Positions 25,873 through 39,879 are shown, counted from the stretch's first letter. The stretch: DNA of 64,000 nucleotides from Raillietiella orientalis (GCA_036172245.1 JAYWIR010000031.1:868001-932000), one strand, 5' to 3'. Notes: a model not told the origin generated them from the letters alone. Made by a program: numbers and translations.

Positions 25873-26699
25873 TTTCTTTCCTTCCGTCCGTTTTCTTACT
25901 ACGAATCAGTTTCTTACATGGAGAATTCACTTTGTGTAACAAAAAGAATTCTTTATCCTTAGAGATTTTCGATCTGTTTCGTAATGCCTTTCATTATTTG
26001 CAGGAGTGCCAAACACTTCCTTAACATTTCCGGATGGTCAGTTACGAAGACACTCAAGATTTCGTTGACGTTTCTTTTTGGGAAATGTCAATGCGATGTC
26101 TTCAGGAAAGGAGACGTCCGCGAATTTTGCGAAAGCAGCTGCATTAATTAGAGCAAGATTCACTAGATGGGGGGATAAGCGAGTGTGGAGATGCAAGAGC
26201 GTCCAAAGTTCCCAGAAATGCAGTTATTTTGTCAAGATGAACTCTCGGAAGATTTTTTTTTGGTGCTTGCGAAAATAAAAGTGTGCGCCAGAAGAGATGT
26301 GGGGAGCGATTAGAGGGATTGCTATTGCTATGCTTTCGTTACACAGTGCCCTATGTAATTGCACTAAAGTTTTTGTTACACAGCAGAGCAGCCGATGGCT
26401 TGGTAATCTGATTTTTTCCATGGTAATGGAGAGATTTTCCACTCATCTTGGTCCCACTAGATATGCAGGCAGGGTGTGGCCAGCGTGAGCACTTCATTCA
26501 ACGAAACGGTCGCGTTACGGTCGGCTTTGCACCATTCGAACGTGTAATTTTATGTAAAATATGCAATTGGGTATCCGACCTAACAGAAATAGGGGAAAAA
26601 AAAAAAGCTGCTTGGAATCCCAATAAGGACCTGCTTGAAATCCCAACTGATTTGTTGACAAAGTCACAGAGTAGTAAAGAAAGATTCTAAACCTTAGGC

Positions 26700-27100
26700 G
26701 AGGACAAAAAAAGGATTTCGTTGCTTTTCCAAAGATTTCAGCTTTTCTTTGGACCTTCACACACGTGTTTGTGTAGGCGAAGAATCCCTCATCGACACGT
26801 ACGTGTGGATTTTCATTGATCGGAACGCGGTTGGGATCCACAATTTCCGGCTCCGCAACTTCTGTGGCCTGGAAGACACCTCCCGATTCCTTGAGGACGA
26901 ACTCCTTCACTTGCGTATTCTTTGAGATGACTGTTCGGGTTCTTCAAACGCTCACTGATGATCCACAAGCAGATCATCATCAGTCAGTGCTCTGGACGCG
27001 AATCGAGCAGTTCCCGAACGTCTTCGTTTTCTAATTCGTATCAGTTCCAAGCGCTCTTCCGATATTTGTTGTTTCTCCTATAGCAGTTACTTCCTCGAAA
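26700..27100 (-). mobile_element. Decayed Tigger/pogo-type transposase C-terminal fragment
   Basis: Minus strand across frameshifts reads NIGRALG / ELENEDVRELLDSRPE / LTDDDLL / VKEFVLKE..VFQATE...IVDPN / ATKSFF, resembling the acidic C-terminus of TIGD1-like transposases. Stops and frameshifts are present. Confidence 0.65.
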
Positions 27101-28625
27101 AACCAAATTCTTCCTCTCGTGTGATAACGGGACTCTTCTTTTCTAAGCTTACAGATCAACCCTTTTGACCTGGGGAATGATCCAGTCGTCCATTTCCTTG
27201 GGAGTTTTTTTAAACGATCAAGACGAATCATGGAAAGTGATGAGCAGGCATCAGCTCACACGCACATATGCAAAGACGAACGGGTTAAAGCGTCTCTGGA
27301 GAGAACCCGGCAATTCCACCTGCGCATGCGCTAACGCGCATTAACTGAATTTGCATTAACTGCATTGAGCGCGATCCGGGTTCATGCAGAAATTTGCCCT
27401 ATTCGAATTCTCACTAATTACGGCCTGTCTGTGTTTTCGAGATCAGGAATAGATCCCCCAGACCACATTAGAGTTATCCTTATTAGAGTGATCAGTACAA
27501 AAAAAAAAAAAGGTCATGTTTGTAGAAACTTGCACTTGAAACCTTAAAATGTGTCTCTCTGCATAGGTCGCATCTGAGAATCTTCGAGATGTGAGAAAAA
27601 AAAAAAAATCCCTTCTTTCAGATACGTCAGCTACATTCCCCCCCAGCATCTCAGGTTTCCTCACCTTCCTCCGCAGCGTGGATTTTGTAATGCCTCATCA
27701 AAGGTTTCGACTGCATTTCGAAAAACAAGAACTAGAAAACTGAACACTCTTAAGGACGCAGCGAGCTTATCAATACACTTCGGGAAGGGGTTCTAGGAAT
27801 TCTTCATCTGCATGGCATCTTGCCTTTATCTTAGATTGTGGGAGAACATCTTCCTCCCACCTGAAGTAATTCGTGCAGCAGTCTTTTCCTCCCCCCCCCC
27901 TTGCCCGTCCCTTCCACCTTTCGAGAATTTTCAAACTACGAAAGCGATGGCCATCGGAACGTTTTTTTTCCCGCTGAATGCTTCAGTAAAGTTGGAAAAG
28001 GTGGAGAGCTTTCAGCAAATCAGCGGACATGGATAGAAACCATGACAAGACGGCTCATGGAAACTTCCCTCTTGCCCTGACAACAAACAAGCAAGCATCA
28101 AAAGGGCAGGAAGGACAAATTCTCCCGATATTTGCGGCCGATGGATATTATTTCCTAATTTCTTCCTGGATGGCCAAACAAAGCAAGCTCCCGCTGGCCG
28201 TACCTTTTCCAAACAGCAGCCTGGAAGAAAAACGTTCAGGACGAATTTCGCAATGCAACCAGAGAGTCCTCGCAGCAATTTCATTTTCTGGAGCGCCTTA
28301 TTTAACTCAAATGTGAGGGCGTTGTAATGACCAAGAGACAGTCAACGCCTGTCTATCAAATACGTGTTGAAATCCAAGAAAGTGATTGATTCTGAAAGAA
28401 GGTTACGCAGATTTTATGCATTTTCACGTGTTTTTTTTTCCTTTCTTTGAAACTAGTCCACAGAATCTTTTCGAACCAACGCTTCCGAAGAAGAGATCGC
28501 AATGCTTTGAATGATCTTGTCTTTTTTCCTCAACGAAAATACAATTTGTAGTCACTCCCCTGCGTGAAATCTTCATCCAATGACGTGATTACCAACTGAT
28601 TGAACCCTGATTACATTCAAGGTTT

Positions 28626-28716
28626 CTATTTATAGAGATCAAGGATCAGCCTCAATCTATCTTTTCACGGCCACTTGAATCATATATAGTCAAGCTGCCG
28701 TTTGGCTCTCAGCAGT
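28626..28716 (+). promoter_or_regulatory. Probable core promoter of the Tyr-rich protein gene
   Basis: CTATTTATAG (MEF2-type consensus) at 28626-28635, TATATAG at 28683-28689, and an initiator-like CAGTC about 30 nt downstream. Confidence 0.45.
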
Positions 28717-28769
28717 CCGGATCGGAAACCTCAAGGTGGTACGAAGGAAAACCCATCAAGCAGGCGAGA

Positions 28770-29277
28770 ATGTCTCCTCTGAAACAAGTAACAGAAGCTG
28801 CGGGTGGCACGAGTAACTCATATCTCTCGTTTTCAGAAGCTGTTTGCCCTCTTCGTGGTGTTCGTAGCTGCTGCATGCGCAGAAGAAGCCGAGAACACAC
28901 AGGCGTTGTCTGAAGATTTGGAAACTTCAGAATCTCGCTATTACAAGAACAAGGATTACGAATACCCCTACAAAGAGGACTCGAACTACTACCGCCACGC
29001 GAAACCCTACCCGAGGGAAAGCTACCACAGAAGCTCCTATCCCAAAAGCGAGTACCACGGACCTGCCTACCCAAGATCAGAATATTCCTATTCCGATTAT
29101 CCTAAAGCACATTACGCACCCAGCAGTTATCGCAAAGCCTCTTACCCACAGTATTCCTACAGTGCGTATTCCAAACCACATCACCCCTACGCGTCCTATC
29201 ATCGCTCTTCATACCCCGCTCCGTACCCCGCTCCGTACCCGAGTTCGTACCCAAAGCTGCATGTCCGCAACTATTAA
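28770..29277 (+). CDS. Secreted Tyr/Ser/Pro-rich repeat protein (cuticle, eggshell or adhesive-like). Exons 28770-28787 and 28837-29277, 152 aa
   Basis: ATG TCT CCT CTG AAA CAA|gtaaca...tttcag| (49-nt intron). Signal-peptide-like MSPLKQKLFALFVVFVAAACA, acidic segment ending SEDLETSESR, then Tyr-periodic repeats. TATA upstream and AATAAA at 29319-29324. Confidence 0.85.
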
Positions 29278-30743
29278 AGGGGAAACCTCCAGCGTCCTGG
29301 ATGAGAGCAGTTCGGAAAAATAAAAGCACATGAATACTTGGTAAACCTTGTGTACGTTTCTTTCGCATAGTACATTCACAGTCCTTCTTGCGGGAGGGCT
29401 TCTACCACATTCCATTCAGCGTGGGATCTTGCAAAGGGCTGAAACGAGCAGCAGCAACATCACGCTCTTATTAGCTGCCCCGTCCTTCTGGGATACTATG
29501 AAAAAAAATTCCTATGGGAGGGTCATTCCGAGTTAGTAGATGTTTTGAGAAGTCGAGAAAGGGTTTACTCCGAAAATTTTCGTGAATCTTCTATGAAGTC
29601 CGCCATTACGGAAGGAAGCAAGCAAATGGCGCAACCAGCGCAACCCTGCCATCTTCTAATTGCTCTTTACGATCGCTGAGCACATTCCCCATTCCTGCAC
29701 TCGCAGCAGCTGAACTCTCCCGACTTCATCAGTTGCTTGGGTTGCAGGGCGTTGAGGAAGTCTGCATCGAGAGTGCACAAAGCAGCTCCTACCACGCAAA
29801 CATAGAACACGTCCGAGGGCCCATCACTCGCAAACATCCAAGAAGGAGGGTTCCGCCTTCTACTGTTCAGCTTCGAAAATTCGATTCTCGAATTTTTGAA
29901 GTTGCATTGCCTGCCATTATTCTACTACGGCCAAGTCGTTTCCTTTTCAGCTAGGGATAATTACGCTTTTGATTTCTGATTGACTCAGAAGCAGCGACCA
30001 GAAGAAAAAAAGGCCGAATCATAACAACACTGAATTCTGGTGCACAAATATTATTGCATCTCTTCGTGGATATGCTATACATGCTGCATCCGATAGCCCA
30101 TTACGTGGCTGCTCGACTCGATTTTCAAGGAGCACAGGGATGAAGAATTTTAAATACTCCGATGCGTGATAGGTCAACGAAAGGAAGCATCCTTCTTCCA
30201 TTCAGCTCAATTACTTCCCTCCGCTTTCCGTATCCTGAAACTTACTCTGCTTTTCCAGTCGCAGAGGTCTTCTTGTGTTCTCGATCGAAATGTTCTTCAT
30301 CCATGCCTTCCTTACGATGAGCTTTCATTCATAAGGAGATTTGCAGAAAACACTTGATGCTCCCGAATGAACCCATCGCGAAGACAAAACGGGAAATCAT
30401 CCGTCCGCGCGTTTCCACGGAAACGTTTAATGAGCTTTGCATTCTCGAAAAGTGCAAGTGTTCTTACGAGGCGTGGCATAGTTAGGATGCCTATTTATTG
30501 CCGGGCAGTTGCCGAAACAGTAATTACTGGATCTCAGAAACGCAATTTGGAGCAATTTTTAAACTCATTCCTCATCTGGAACGAATGCTCCAATCAAACG
30601 CTCTTCGTTTCAACATCACTCTCCGTACACGCAAAGGATTCGAATTTTATTTACTGTACCATCCTGTTCCTGCGTCAAATGACCAATGGAAAACTTCTGG
30701 CGTTCAGCTGACACGAACAAGAAACATCCATGAGCACGGTACT

Positions 30744-30747
<4 letters not shown>

Positions 30748-30779
<32 letters not shown>

Positions 30780-30786
30780 ACACACA
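30748..30786 (+). repeat. (CA)n microsatellite
   Basis: Directly visible. Confidence 0.9.
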
Positions 30787-33700
30787 TATGCATACCAGAA
30801 AGATGTATAGAAAGTACAGACTAGCTCAACCGTACAACACTCATGTTTCAAAAGGACGAATGCCTTGGTAAGTTCAGAAAAACCCTGGTTCGTCCATATT
30901 CCTGCAGTCCACAGAGAGAGAAAGAGGGGGGGAGCAATCCAGGTTCACAGTGCGCGCGGGAGAAGCACACGACTCAGAAATGAGCTCGTGCAAGTGAGTT
31001 CGATAAGAGCGTGGTAAAAGCTTCCCCATATGAGGCGATTGCGAACGTGCCATGTCCAAGAAACAGACTCAAAGTTTAAGCAATCTCATTTGCAGGAAAA
31101 GTTGCTAGGTTACTGCTGGTGCGCGATTCATGCTTTGGTTGATCCCTTCCTCGGGAAAGCTCCACGAGACGAAGCGAAAAATTCACACGGAGAGGCCCAC
31201 AGCTACCCAGCTAGGGGATCGTGTTCCCAAAGAAGCATCCAGAAGGGAGAAACAAAGCCAAACTGAGGCACACGGAACGCGATCTGTTTCTATGATTCCA
31301 ACGGTAAGTCGGGTTTGCCATCGACACAGTTCAGCTGCTTCTTCCACGAAGTGTCCTTTAAATCCTACAGACTCCGGCAGCCTGACCCGCATTACCACGA
31401 GGAAAAAAAAATCGACAGAAAGGTCTAGGGAAATTTTAGCAAAAGAACGGAAGTCCCCAACTCGTCTTCAGCTTCGCTACTGCACGTGGCGGGAAAGAGT
31501 CACACTCTTCAAAGTAAGAGCGTGGTATGGAATCAGCTACCCCTGAAAAAAAAAAACAAAATACCCTTATACTTCGCTATCTCCATGGAGATGCGATCTT
31601 TTGGTGACAAATAGCCATCCACTCGATCATATGAACGACTTTCGAATGCTGAGCTTAGAGATTTCTCGCATATCGACTGCTCAAAAAGCTGCTGGCATCT
31701 TTGCTGAAAGGGGTCCAGAGGAGCTCTCTCTTGTCTGTCAGTCTTTGATGTTTCAAGTACTGCTTCATGCTAATTTTCATCCGATTCACAATCGGAGGGA
31801 TCTGCTGATAGAGCGATCAGCCAAAATTTCGCCACAGTCGAGTTAATTTCGAGATGGATTGCCGGTTTCAAAACGAATCAACTTGAGCGCGCTTTGCGTA
31901 CTATACAAAGTATTTGCCGGGGCCGCCCGAATAGCTTCAGGCTGCTATGGTTTGCTCACACGGAACTAATTCCATTTAATCACAGGCAGGGAGACAGAGC
32001 CGCGGCTATTTGTTACCATAGACGAATAAGCATCATCTGCAATTGAGAATGACTTCCCACCGTGCCCGTCTTATTCCTAAAAGTGGCACAGATCGAACCG
32101 TATCACTCCCGAGGTGTGCAAAAAAACACCTGCGGTGTGACATTTGCTGTTTTCCTTCTTCCAGCAGTGGATGCCCAAGGGCTCCGAAATCAGACCACGA
32201 TGGGCTCGCGTTTACTCGAAGAGAATGCTTCCATTTTTTGCGTTTGCATATGCGGCTTTTCATGCACTGGATTCGGAATCGATTTTCGCAAGCATCACAC
32301 TTGACCTTAGGCTTCTGAAGACTCATTTTGCTTGACCATTTCACATGAAGCACGACCACAAATATATGTGCTTTTTTTTTTTTTCTTCTTCTTCAAGTAA
32401 TGATATTTTCCTTCGCATGTTTCGTTATGAAGTCCCAGTCTTGCACAACCGTGATTCGGAACTTTCGTTATGGGTATGCGGAGAAAACGTATCCAAAAAT
32501 CGCTGCCGATTAAAGACGGAAATCTTCATGGGAACGCTCTAATTTTCTCATGGAGGCACGAAAAATACCTGCGTTCTGCATCGTTCTGGGACGAAATTCA
32601 ATTTTTCGCTCGCCGGTTGAAAAGGGGCAAGCAGGGCACCAAATGTACCTGAAGGCTTTCACAATCAGCATCGGATTTCTGTCTTGGCATCACTGTGGTG
32701 GTGAATGGAAGCATAGGACAAATAGATTGAACGGTGGATCAGATGGACTTCAAAAATTCCGAATCGATTCAGAAGAAATCGAAAATTGCAGCGAGGTGAG
32801 GAAAATACGCACCCAGTCTTTTGAAGCTGTGGGAAAATCCCTTTCCAGTCTTGTGTGGGTTAACGCCCATTTAATCTTTCCACTGGGCCAGTGCTTATGA
32901 GCATCTCAACGGACGTGTGCGCATGAATCTGCGTACACTGTGGGTAAGAAATGATCTTTGAAATCTTCGGTTTCGCACCTCAGGAACAGATCCTGTGGAT
33001 CTGTTTCAGTGATTCCGATCTGGTTCAGATGCGGAAGGCCCCGTATAACGCAAAGGATGCATTCCGCCGTCATACGAACCCGGAACGTTGTACACGGGTA
33101 CTGCAGAAGTATTTATAAAAGATAAAAATGCATCTTGAACGTCATAACGTTACAAGATCTCACGTTAAAAGGAAAAGAGAAAAACGAAAAGTGCTCGTTT
33201 GTTATTTGACTTTAGTCGAGCAGGGCTTTTGGAACGATGTTGATGTTTATTCCATGTAAGGGGTCCGCAGCATCAGCTGTATTACTTTCGCTGTTGAAAA
33301 ATGTATTTTTTCGCGCTGTTTTATTTGGATTCAAATCAAATAGTCTACTTAAATAACGCCTCCATATTGTTTTTAGATGGACGGTCACCATGCCACAAAA
33401 CTGAAATTTATGCAGAGCGTGACACGGGCTGATCGACTGCGTTGTGCGAGGGCTGTTGCCATTTTTTATCCGCATTGCACAAACCCACGTTCTACGCGAG
33501 GGTCCATCGCACTTCCAGATCCGAGTTAACCAAAAATCAGTACATAAAGGATGCAAGCTCGAAGGCAAGATGAGAAGTTGAGAAAAGCACTCCAGCAAAT
33601 GCCCACAGTGGAAAAGGTTCCGTTCCGTGTCCATTAAATTTATTCAAGAGGTCACAGGTGTGCTTGCGAAAGAACCGTTCCGAGATACAGTCAGCGAGGG

Positions 33701-35899
33701 GCAGCTGGATAGGCAGCCTGCAGCAGAAGTTCGGAGAAATTCGATTTCTGGGGATTCTTTTGCCGCTGGCAAGTACCGAAGGAAGTCTGAAGATTCATAT
33801 TCATCATTACTCATCCCAGCATGAATGCATCCATAGCAATCTATTGCAGCAACTATGCTATTCACTGTGTTGCGGAAGATCCAATTCCGCGGAGAAAGAG
33901 TTGTGGACGAGTTCAGGCGTCATATGGATGCCTAAGACAGGCACTTCGGGTCAGCGGGACTCAGAATTTGGCCAGTCCGAAACAGCTGAATCTTTTGGCT
34001 TTGACCCGTCTCTGAAAATAAGAAGAAAAAAAATTACATGTTCAGCGAAATTTCGAGTTTTGCACTCTTTGTTTTTGCACATTTGCTCCACTCTTTGAAA
34101 CTCTTCGACTGAGAATATTTGTCCTGAGGTCTCCCTCTAAGAGGGCATTAAAAGAAAGGGAAAGTACTCTGGCATCAGTCCAAGTCAGATTAGCTCCCAT
34201 CCAAAGGTGCTGGTGGTGCTGAAGGAAAGCTTGATGAGTTGATCAGAGTGAACGGCGCAGAAGAGAGGGATGCCACGTTAAGTCACGGTTGCAGTTGGTG
34301 GTGATAAGGCTGGAAAAGTTGACTTCGTGTCGCGTGAGACAAACTGCGGGTGATGGCACGTATGGAAAGAACTCTTCATGCATTCACAGGCAGTTCGAAA
34401 ATGGTGTGGAGTTCTTGCAAATATCTTCCAACAGTTCAAGCACAGAATACTGGGTTCCTTTTTGATAAACTCTCCGCCTAGATTGAACAGCTTCCAAGGT
34501 GCCCCTAAAACCTGGAGTCTGCAATTATTAGTCCTCTTATTTTATTCCGACCATCTTCTGCGCTGCTCACCTTTGCAAGGAACTCTTTTACGCTGCCAGC
34601 GCGCTACGTGCAAAAGTTTCACTTCCGCCCTGCGTTTGCGAGTGGACAGTAACTTCCTTGCCTTATCCTCATCAAAGGAGAAAATTATAGGAGAATAGCT
34701 GGTTTGGAAATGTGTACGGCCCGCCGATTTGAAAAGAAAGAGAAAGCCATTTGAATACATTGTACTTGCAGTCTTCGACGTAAGAAGACGGCTTACTTCG
34801 AATGAGGAATTCCAGTAACTGGAAAAGAGGGAATAACTGGAAACTGTGACCACACAGCGGACACAGGAAAGATCGGCTGAATTTTTCGAACACGCGGATG
34901 TGTAAATCGCTACCCATAAAAGAAGTATGTAAATTTTGCTCTTCCATTTAGAAAAAAATCTCCACGAGCGACTGGACCGCAGTTTCCCTTTCGTTTACGC
35001 AAAAATGCATTTCGTGAAGAGAGCCAAGCAGCGGGGATCTCGAGTGAGAACCTGCCCGTCGGGATGAAAAGGCAGTTGCACGAATAGGTGCATGTGCACT
35101 TATGCAGCAGCCAACTTGATAAAATAAAAGGACCTTCGGAAGAACCGATTTCGGAGAATCTTGGAATTTGTGAATTTGCGTGTTGTTTTCTGCCGTCCTG
35201 TTGAAATGAACAAGTGGCATGAATGCTCTCTTGTAATTAGATCTGAATCTTTTCAACGGATTCAGTCCGGATTGAAACCGAGGATCCTCGTGAATAACCG
35301 ACTTTCGTGAGGAATCCCAATAATTCACGCTTCCAGTGGGATAAGTGTTCCCTTTCGTATCGTTGAACAGTCAAGATGGGAGAACGTAGCAAGCATTTAT
35401 GAGTAAATCATCAGTACGATGAAGATTCGGAACTGCTTCGTTCGGTTGCTTCGAATCTCGAAACCTTGGTTTCCATTCTTAAGATGATCTTCCAGCAGAC
35501 TGATGATCTTAGATTTCATAGAATGTAAACAAATGTTAATGCCATTCTTTAATTTCTCATGCTCTCCGTGGCAGAAAGGCAAGCGAAGCGCCACCGCTGC
35601 CACTTTATTGCTACTGGGTCTTCGTTTGCAGCCGCGATCGTGGTTCAAGTGGCATTGAGTAGACAGGACTAAATAGCTCATTGGCTCATGGTCGGAAAGA
35701 AATTCCAGATTTGTGCCCCGAACCCACACCAAACGAGCCGTCTCCGCGCCGGATCGGGGAGAAGAGATTTTTCCCAGGGTTCAGGCTTATTCGAGTTGCT
35801 TCAATCTTGAGGCAGCAGGGGATAAAGGTCAAACGATGCAAGGTGTCAGCCAAATGCGGTTCCAAGAGGGGGATACGCTTAATATTTCCAATCGTAATA

Positions 35900-37345
35900 G
35901 AAATTTTTTCAAGAAAATGGGACATATAGCAATCAGGATAACCTGTGGTGGACACAGTGTGCTGCCACCCAAGGCATCTCGACCATACCACCTACTGGAG
36001 GCCAGAATAACTGGTTTCATCATTCTAGGTATAATATGCATTCAAATTCCAATTTTTGCAACCCTCAATTTTAGAACACATTTGCAATTTTCCCTGTCGC
36101 ATACACATTTGGGGTGTTTCATTCCTCACATTGTACAATGCTAATGACACTTTTTACAAAAATATGGATATACACTGAAGCTTCTGGGATAAGACAAGAT
36201 AAAATAAACTAAGGGACAACATTTCAAAAATGGATGCGCATGATCTCTTGCAGCTTTCATTCTTTGTTTGCAGTCAGGTTGCAAATACCTGACAAGGAGA
36301 TCAAACATATCTTGAAAAACTAGAGATACATCGGGAGCTAATTTTTTTTTGGAATATGCTTTTGGATACTATCTCTTACTGCAACCATCTGTCCATAAGG
36401 AATCAGTTTCTTGTGATCACTTCAAATAAAAGACAACCAAGGCTCCAAACGTCAGTGGCTTTGGCAAGAAAGGCAGGAACATCTTTAGTGGCACACTTGC
36501 TTTTCTTATATGTGTTCCACAATGCACCTTCAGGAGTTACATATGCAAAATTTTGTATTTGATGGGTGTCTTTCTCAGAACAGAAGCTAAGAAAAATTCT
36601 AAAAGCTGGTAGCAACCCCATCATCAACACTCCACATAATATTGGATGGCTTCAGACCTGCAAATCCAACTGATGCAAATACAACAAGGCACTAAGGATG
36701 TCTTCAGCAAACTTTTGTATACTCCACAGGGAGCAACTGTGACCAATTAAGTAGCAAATATCCCTAAAATCCGCATACTGTTTCTCTAAAATGAGACAGG
36801 GAAGTCTGTTGTGCTGGTGATATGCATGATATTTGACAATTTGACTCACCATTATTTTCTTTTACTGTATAAACCACACAGCATTTTCTTGGACCAACAT
36901 GCTTCATGGATAGTCTTTAGAATGAACAGTACCTCCTCATGACAAGGTATCCATAAGCCGAAATAAAAAAAACTCTGGAAGAACCAACACTACTTTTAGC
37001 CTCTGTTAATATCCAGATGCCAAATATTAGAAAATAATTTGGCTTTTCACAATCTTTGTTGAGAATTGACCGTCTTTTCTCAGTGACTGCGCGAGGATTT
37101 TAGAAAGAATGCTGCCACACCTCTTTATAGAAGCCTTCTTCCCCAATGGATCGTCGACTACCCCCTTTGCTGTTCTCCACCTTCCATTTTTGATCTTCCA
37201 CTCTGTGATTAAGACTGCTAAGAGCATTCTTCCTTACGGCAGTTTGAACTCAACAAAGGTTTGTACATGGGAGTGATACTTTGTCCTCCAAACAGCCCTC
37301 AGAGTATGCTTTTACTATCACCTTTTTCGATTCATGATTCTTCTC
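35900..37345 (-). pseudogene. UHMK1: UHMK1/KIS-like kinase pseudogene (kinase domain plus possible degenerate UHM domain)
   Basis: Fragments in order: KKVIVKAY; IVKYHAY..LPCLILE; CSLWSIQKFAEDILSALLYLHQ (human KIS CSMWMIQHCARDVLEALAFLHH); AGLKPSNIMWS; CYQLLEF-LSF; IQNFAYVTPEGALWN; ATDVWSLGCLLFEV; DLLVRYLQPDCKQRMKA..HPF. At least four frameshifts; HxD and DFG motifs are destroyed. The UHM remnant (AKIG..HIIPR..ALGG..VILIAICP, ~35900-36060) is weak. Confidence 0.8.
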
Positions 37346-39879
37346 ACATGCTCCCAGTCGTTGTCCTGCGTGCTGCAATGAAGATGGGCGTTGGGGGCTC
37401 AGTCTTTCTGCGCCCGGGGCAATGCTGACCCGCCCTGTTTCGAGACCAGTGTCGGAGTCTCTGTCCACACAATAAGCCTGAATGATATGAAAGAAAGAAA
37501 TTCTCTGACACTTCCGGAGGCGGTTTCGGCTTCCACATTTGCAGATGTCCATTTAAATGACCAAGGAAACTGCGATATCCATGTCATTCATGTAAAGAAT
37601 TCGATTGGTGATGGGAAGTCCGATTATAATTATCCCAATCTAAATCTTATATTCAGCAAATACTTTCTGGTTTGATTTTGTTTCAATGAAGAATGACTTT
37701 CGTTATTGCAAGTTTTAATTACCAGGTAATTTCCGTGTTTAGAACGCTCGGAAAATAGTAGTTTGGTTCGTCATTCGAGAGAAATATCTTAATTATTAGG
37801 TGCGATGTTTCTTATGTAGTTAGCAAGGCCGAGAACAAAATAGCCATACCCATTGGCAGAGGATGACCGCATCTTAGCTCAAGAACTGTTTCAAGAATTC
37901 ACCAACATATTGTTCTGGTTTTCAGGAACTTCAAAGAGAGCTCCGTTTTACGATTAGTTTCGAGAAAAAGCTTAGAAAGAGTTTATTTGGCTTCCCTATT
38001 TATCCCGCGACCCACAAACCATCAACGCATGGAGCTGAAGGAATGAGAATCATAAACGGTATTTAGAAGTGAACCTCAAATGAACTAAAGGAACCTGAAG
38101 ACGTAAGACGCGGGATGACCTGGTTCTGCAGAGGACTTTTCACTCATTTACTCATAAAGCAGCGATCTGCTTGTTCAGTTATCCAAAAAATTGAACTGCT
38201 GTTTGGTTCATTTTCTGGAGAGCATTGTGACTTGCAGAAAGTGAAAACTGTTCTTTTGAAAGACAAAAACCTCATGCACAAAGTGTTGAGAATGGAGATA
38301 AGTTTCCTTCTGGAAGAACTAGGTAGCTTCCTTGCCTTCTGTCTGTCCCAGTGTCACGGAGCAAGTCAAGAGCAATTGATGTATCTGCTCAATTCACATC
38401 ATATTTACCAATTGTGTTTTTTAAGAAGGCAATACTGTGAAAGCGTTCAACCCAAGGAGGAATCTCGACGGTTATTCGTCATTTAGAAATGATGGAATTA
38501 GAATAACTAGTACTCAATTGGAAGAGGTCATGCAGAGTATGTTGTTGCATATATGGCTACTACAATTATCCCAAATCTGCATTGTGTCGTGCTCATGCTT
38601 GCAAGTAATATTAACGGAGTAGTGACAAGCATGGGAAGGGGGAATAAGGAGATCGGACAAACATTCAAGTTGTTTGCCCCTTAGCTAATATATCACAAAT
38701 GGAGTTCAGTTGTTCTGTTGCTCCAATTCAACTCTTGATTCAAAGCAATCTCCTGAGATCCATAAAGATTAAACACCCGCTGAATCTTTTAAGAAATCAT
38801 TGTGTTGCATCGCTTATATCGTAGATCCTAAGATTTCCTGTTCTTTTTAATTTCAATTTATTTGCTGATGTATACAATGGAGAGCCACTTCGGTTTAGGT
38901 ATACGCTTATGGCAGAGATCATTATCAATGCCTTCGGGATTCCGAGAAACCTAAGGTTAGGAACCTTGTGGTTCCCAAGCAACGGGTTGATTGAAAGCTT
39001 AAAACAGAAAACCCAAAGTGTTTCTTGAAAGCGATGTCCCAGCAAAAAAGCAATTTCTCCCTGAGTTTGATAAACAGCTAACGAGACAGATTACTCCAAG
39101 TACCGCTTTCGGGATCACTTTCGATTCATTCTTCTCCCGCGTTTTGTATTCTAACATATCGCTTTGCACAGAATTTTCTGTGAGATTGATGTGCGAGAAA
39201 TTTCGTAAGATTAACAAGAAAAGAATCCCAGAGGAGCTATCAAAGGATGTAGACGGAAATGGAAGGTGAATGGCCGAAATTTGGCATGGATTTCATAGAG
39301 ATCGTGATTTCATCGGAAATGCAACACGACTGCTGAAAACAGAGTTTACATACGATCTTTGCGAAGCACATCAGAGCCAAGCAGATCAGCATTCCGCCTT
39401 TTCAATTCCACATTAGTGTTTCTGATAAGACTCGTATCTTATCTAAAACATTCCACGTCTTTAATTTCTCGTAAATACACAGTCCTATTTGATGCATTTC
39501 AATGCTCGCAAATCTCCATCATTCGAAAAAGTCTTTGGAAAGTTGAATGCAAAGCCGCTTTCTTCGCAAGCCTTCGAAGAGGAAGCAGCTCTTTCATATC
39601 TTAAACCATATGCGTACGCACGTCCAAATCTTAGCCCAATCAGTCCGCCTAGGTAATTACACCCTCACTGCTCTCGAATATTCCTGGTAACTCTTTTCTT
39701 ATGTCTGATACTAGCCTTCGGGGAATTCCGAAACAAGGATTTTAGGAACCCACCGGGGAATTCAGCCTATTAGTATCTTCCTGGCACTCCACGCTATTCT
39801 AACGAAACTGAGCATCACATCTTTAAATTTTGTTCCCAAGGTCATTCCTGTTTGGTTTTCGGCGCCTTTGGGAGCCGCC

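Noticed and set aside
38270..38560. Helitron/Helentron or LINE endonuclease relic (MHKV..LSQ; LDGYSSFRND..GRGHAEYV)
   Set aside because: Motif spacing is off and similarity is too weak to call without a profile search.
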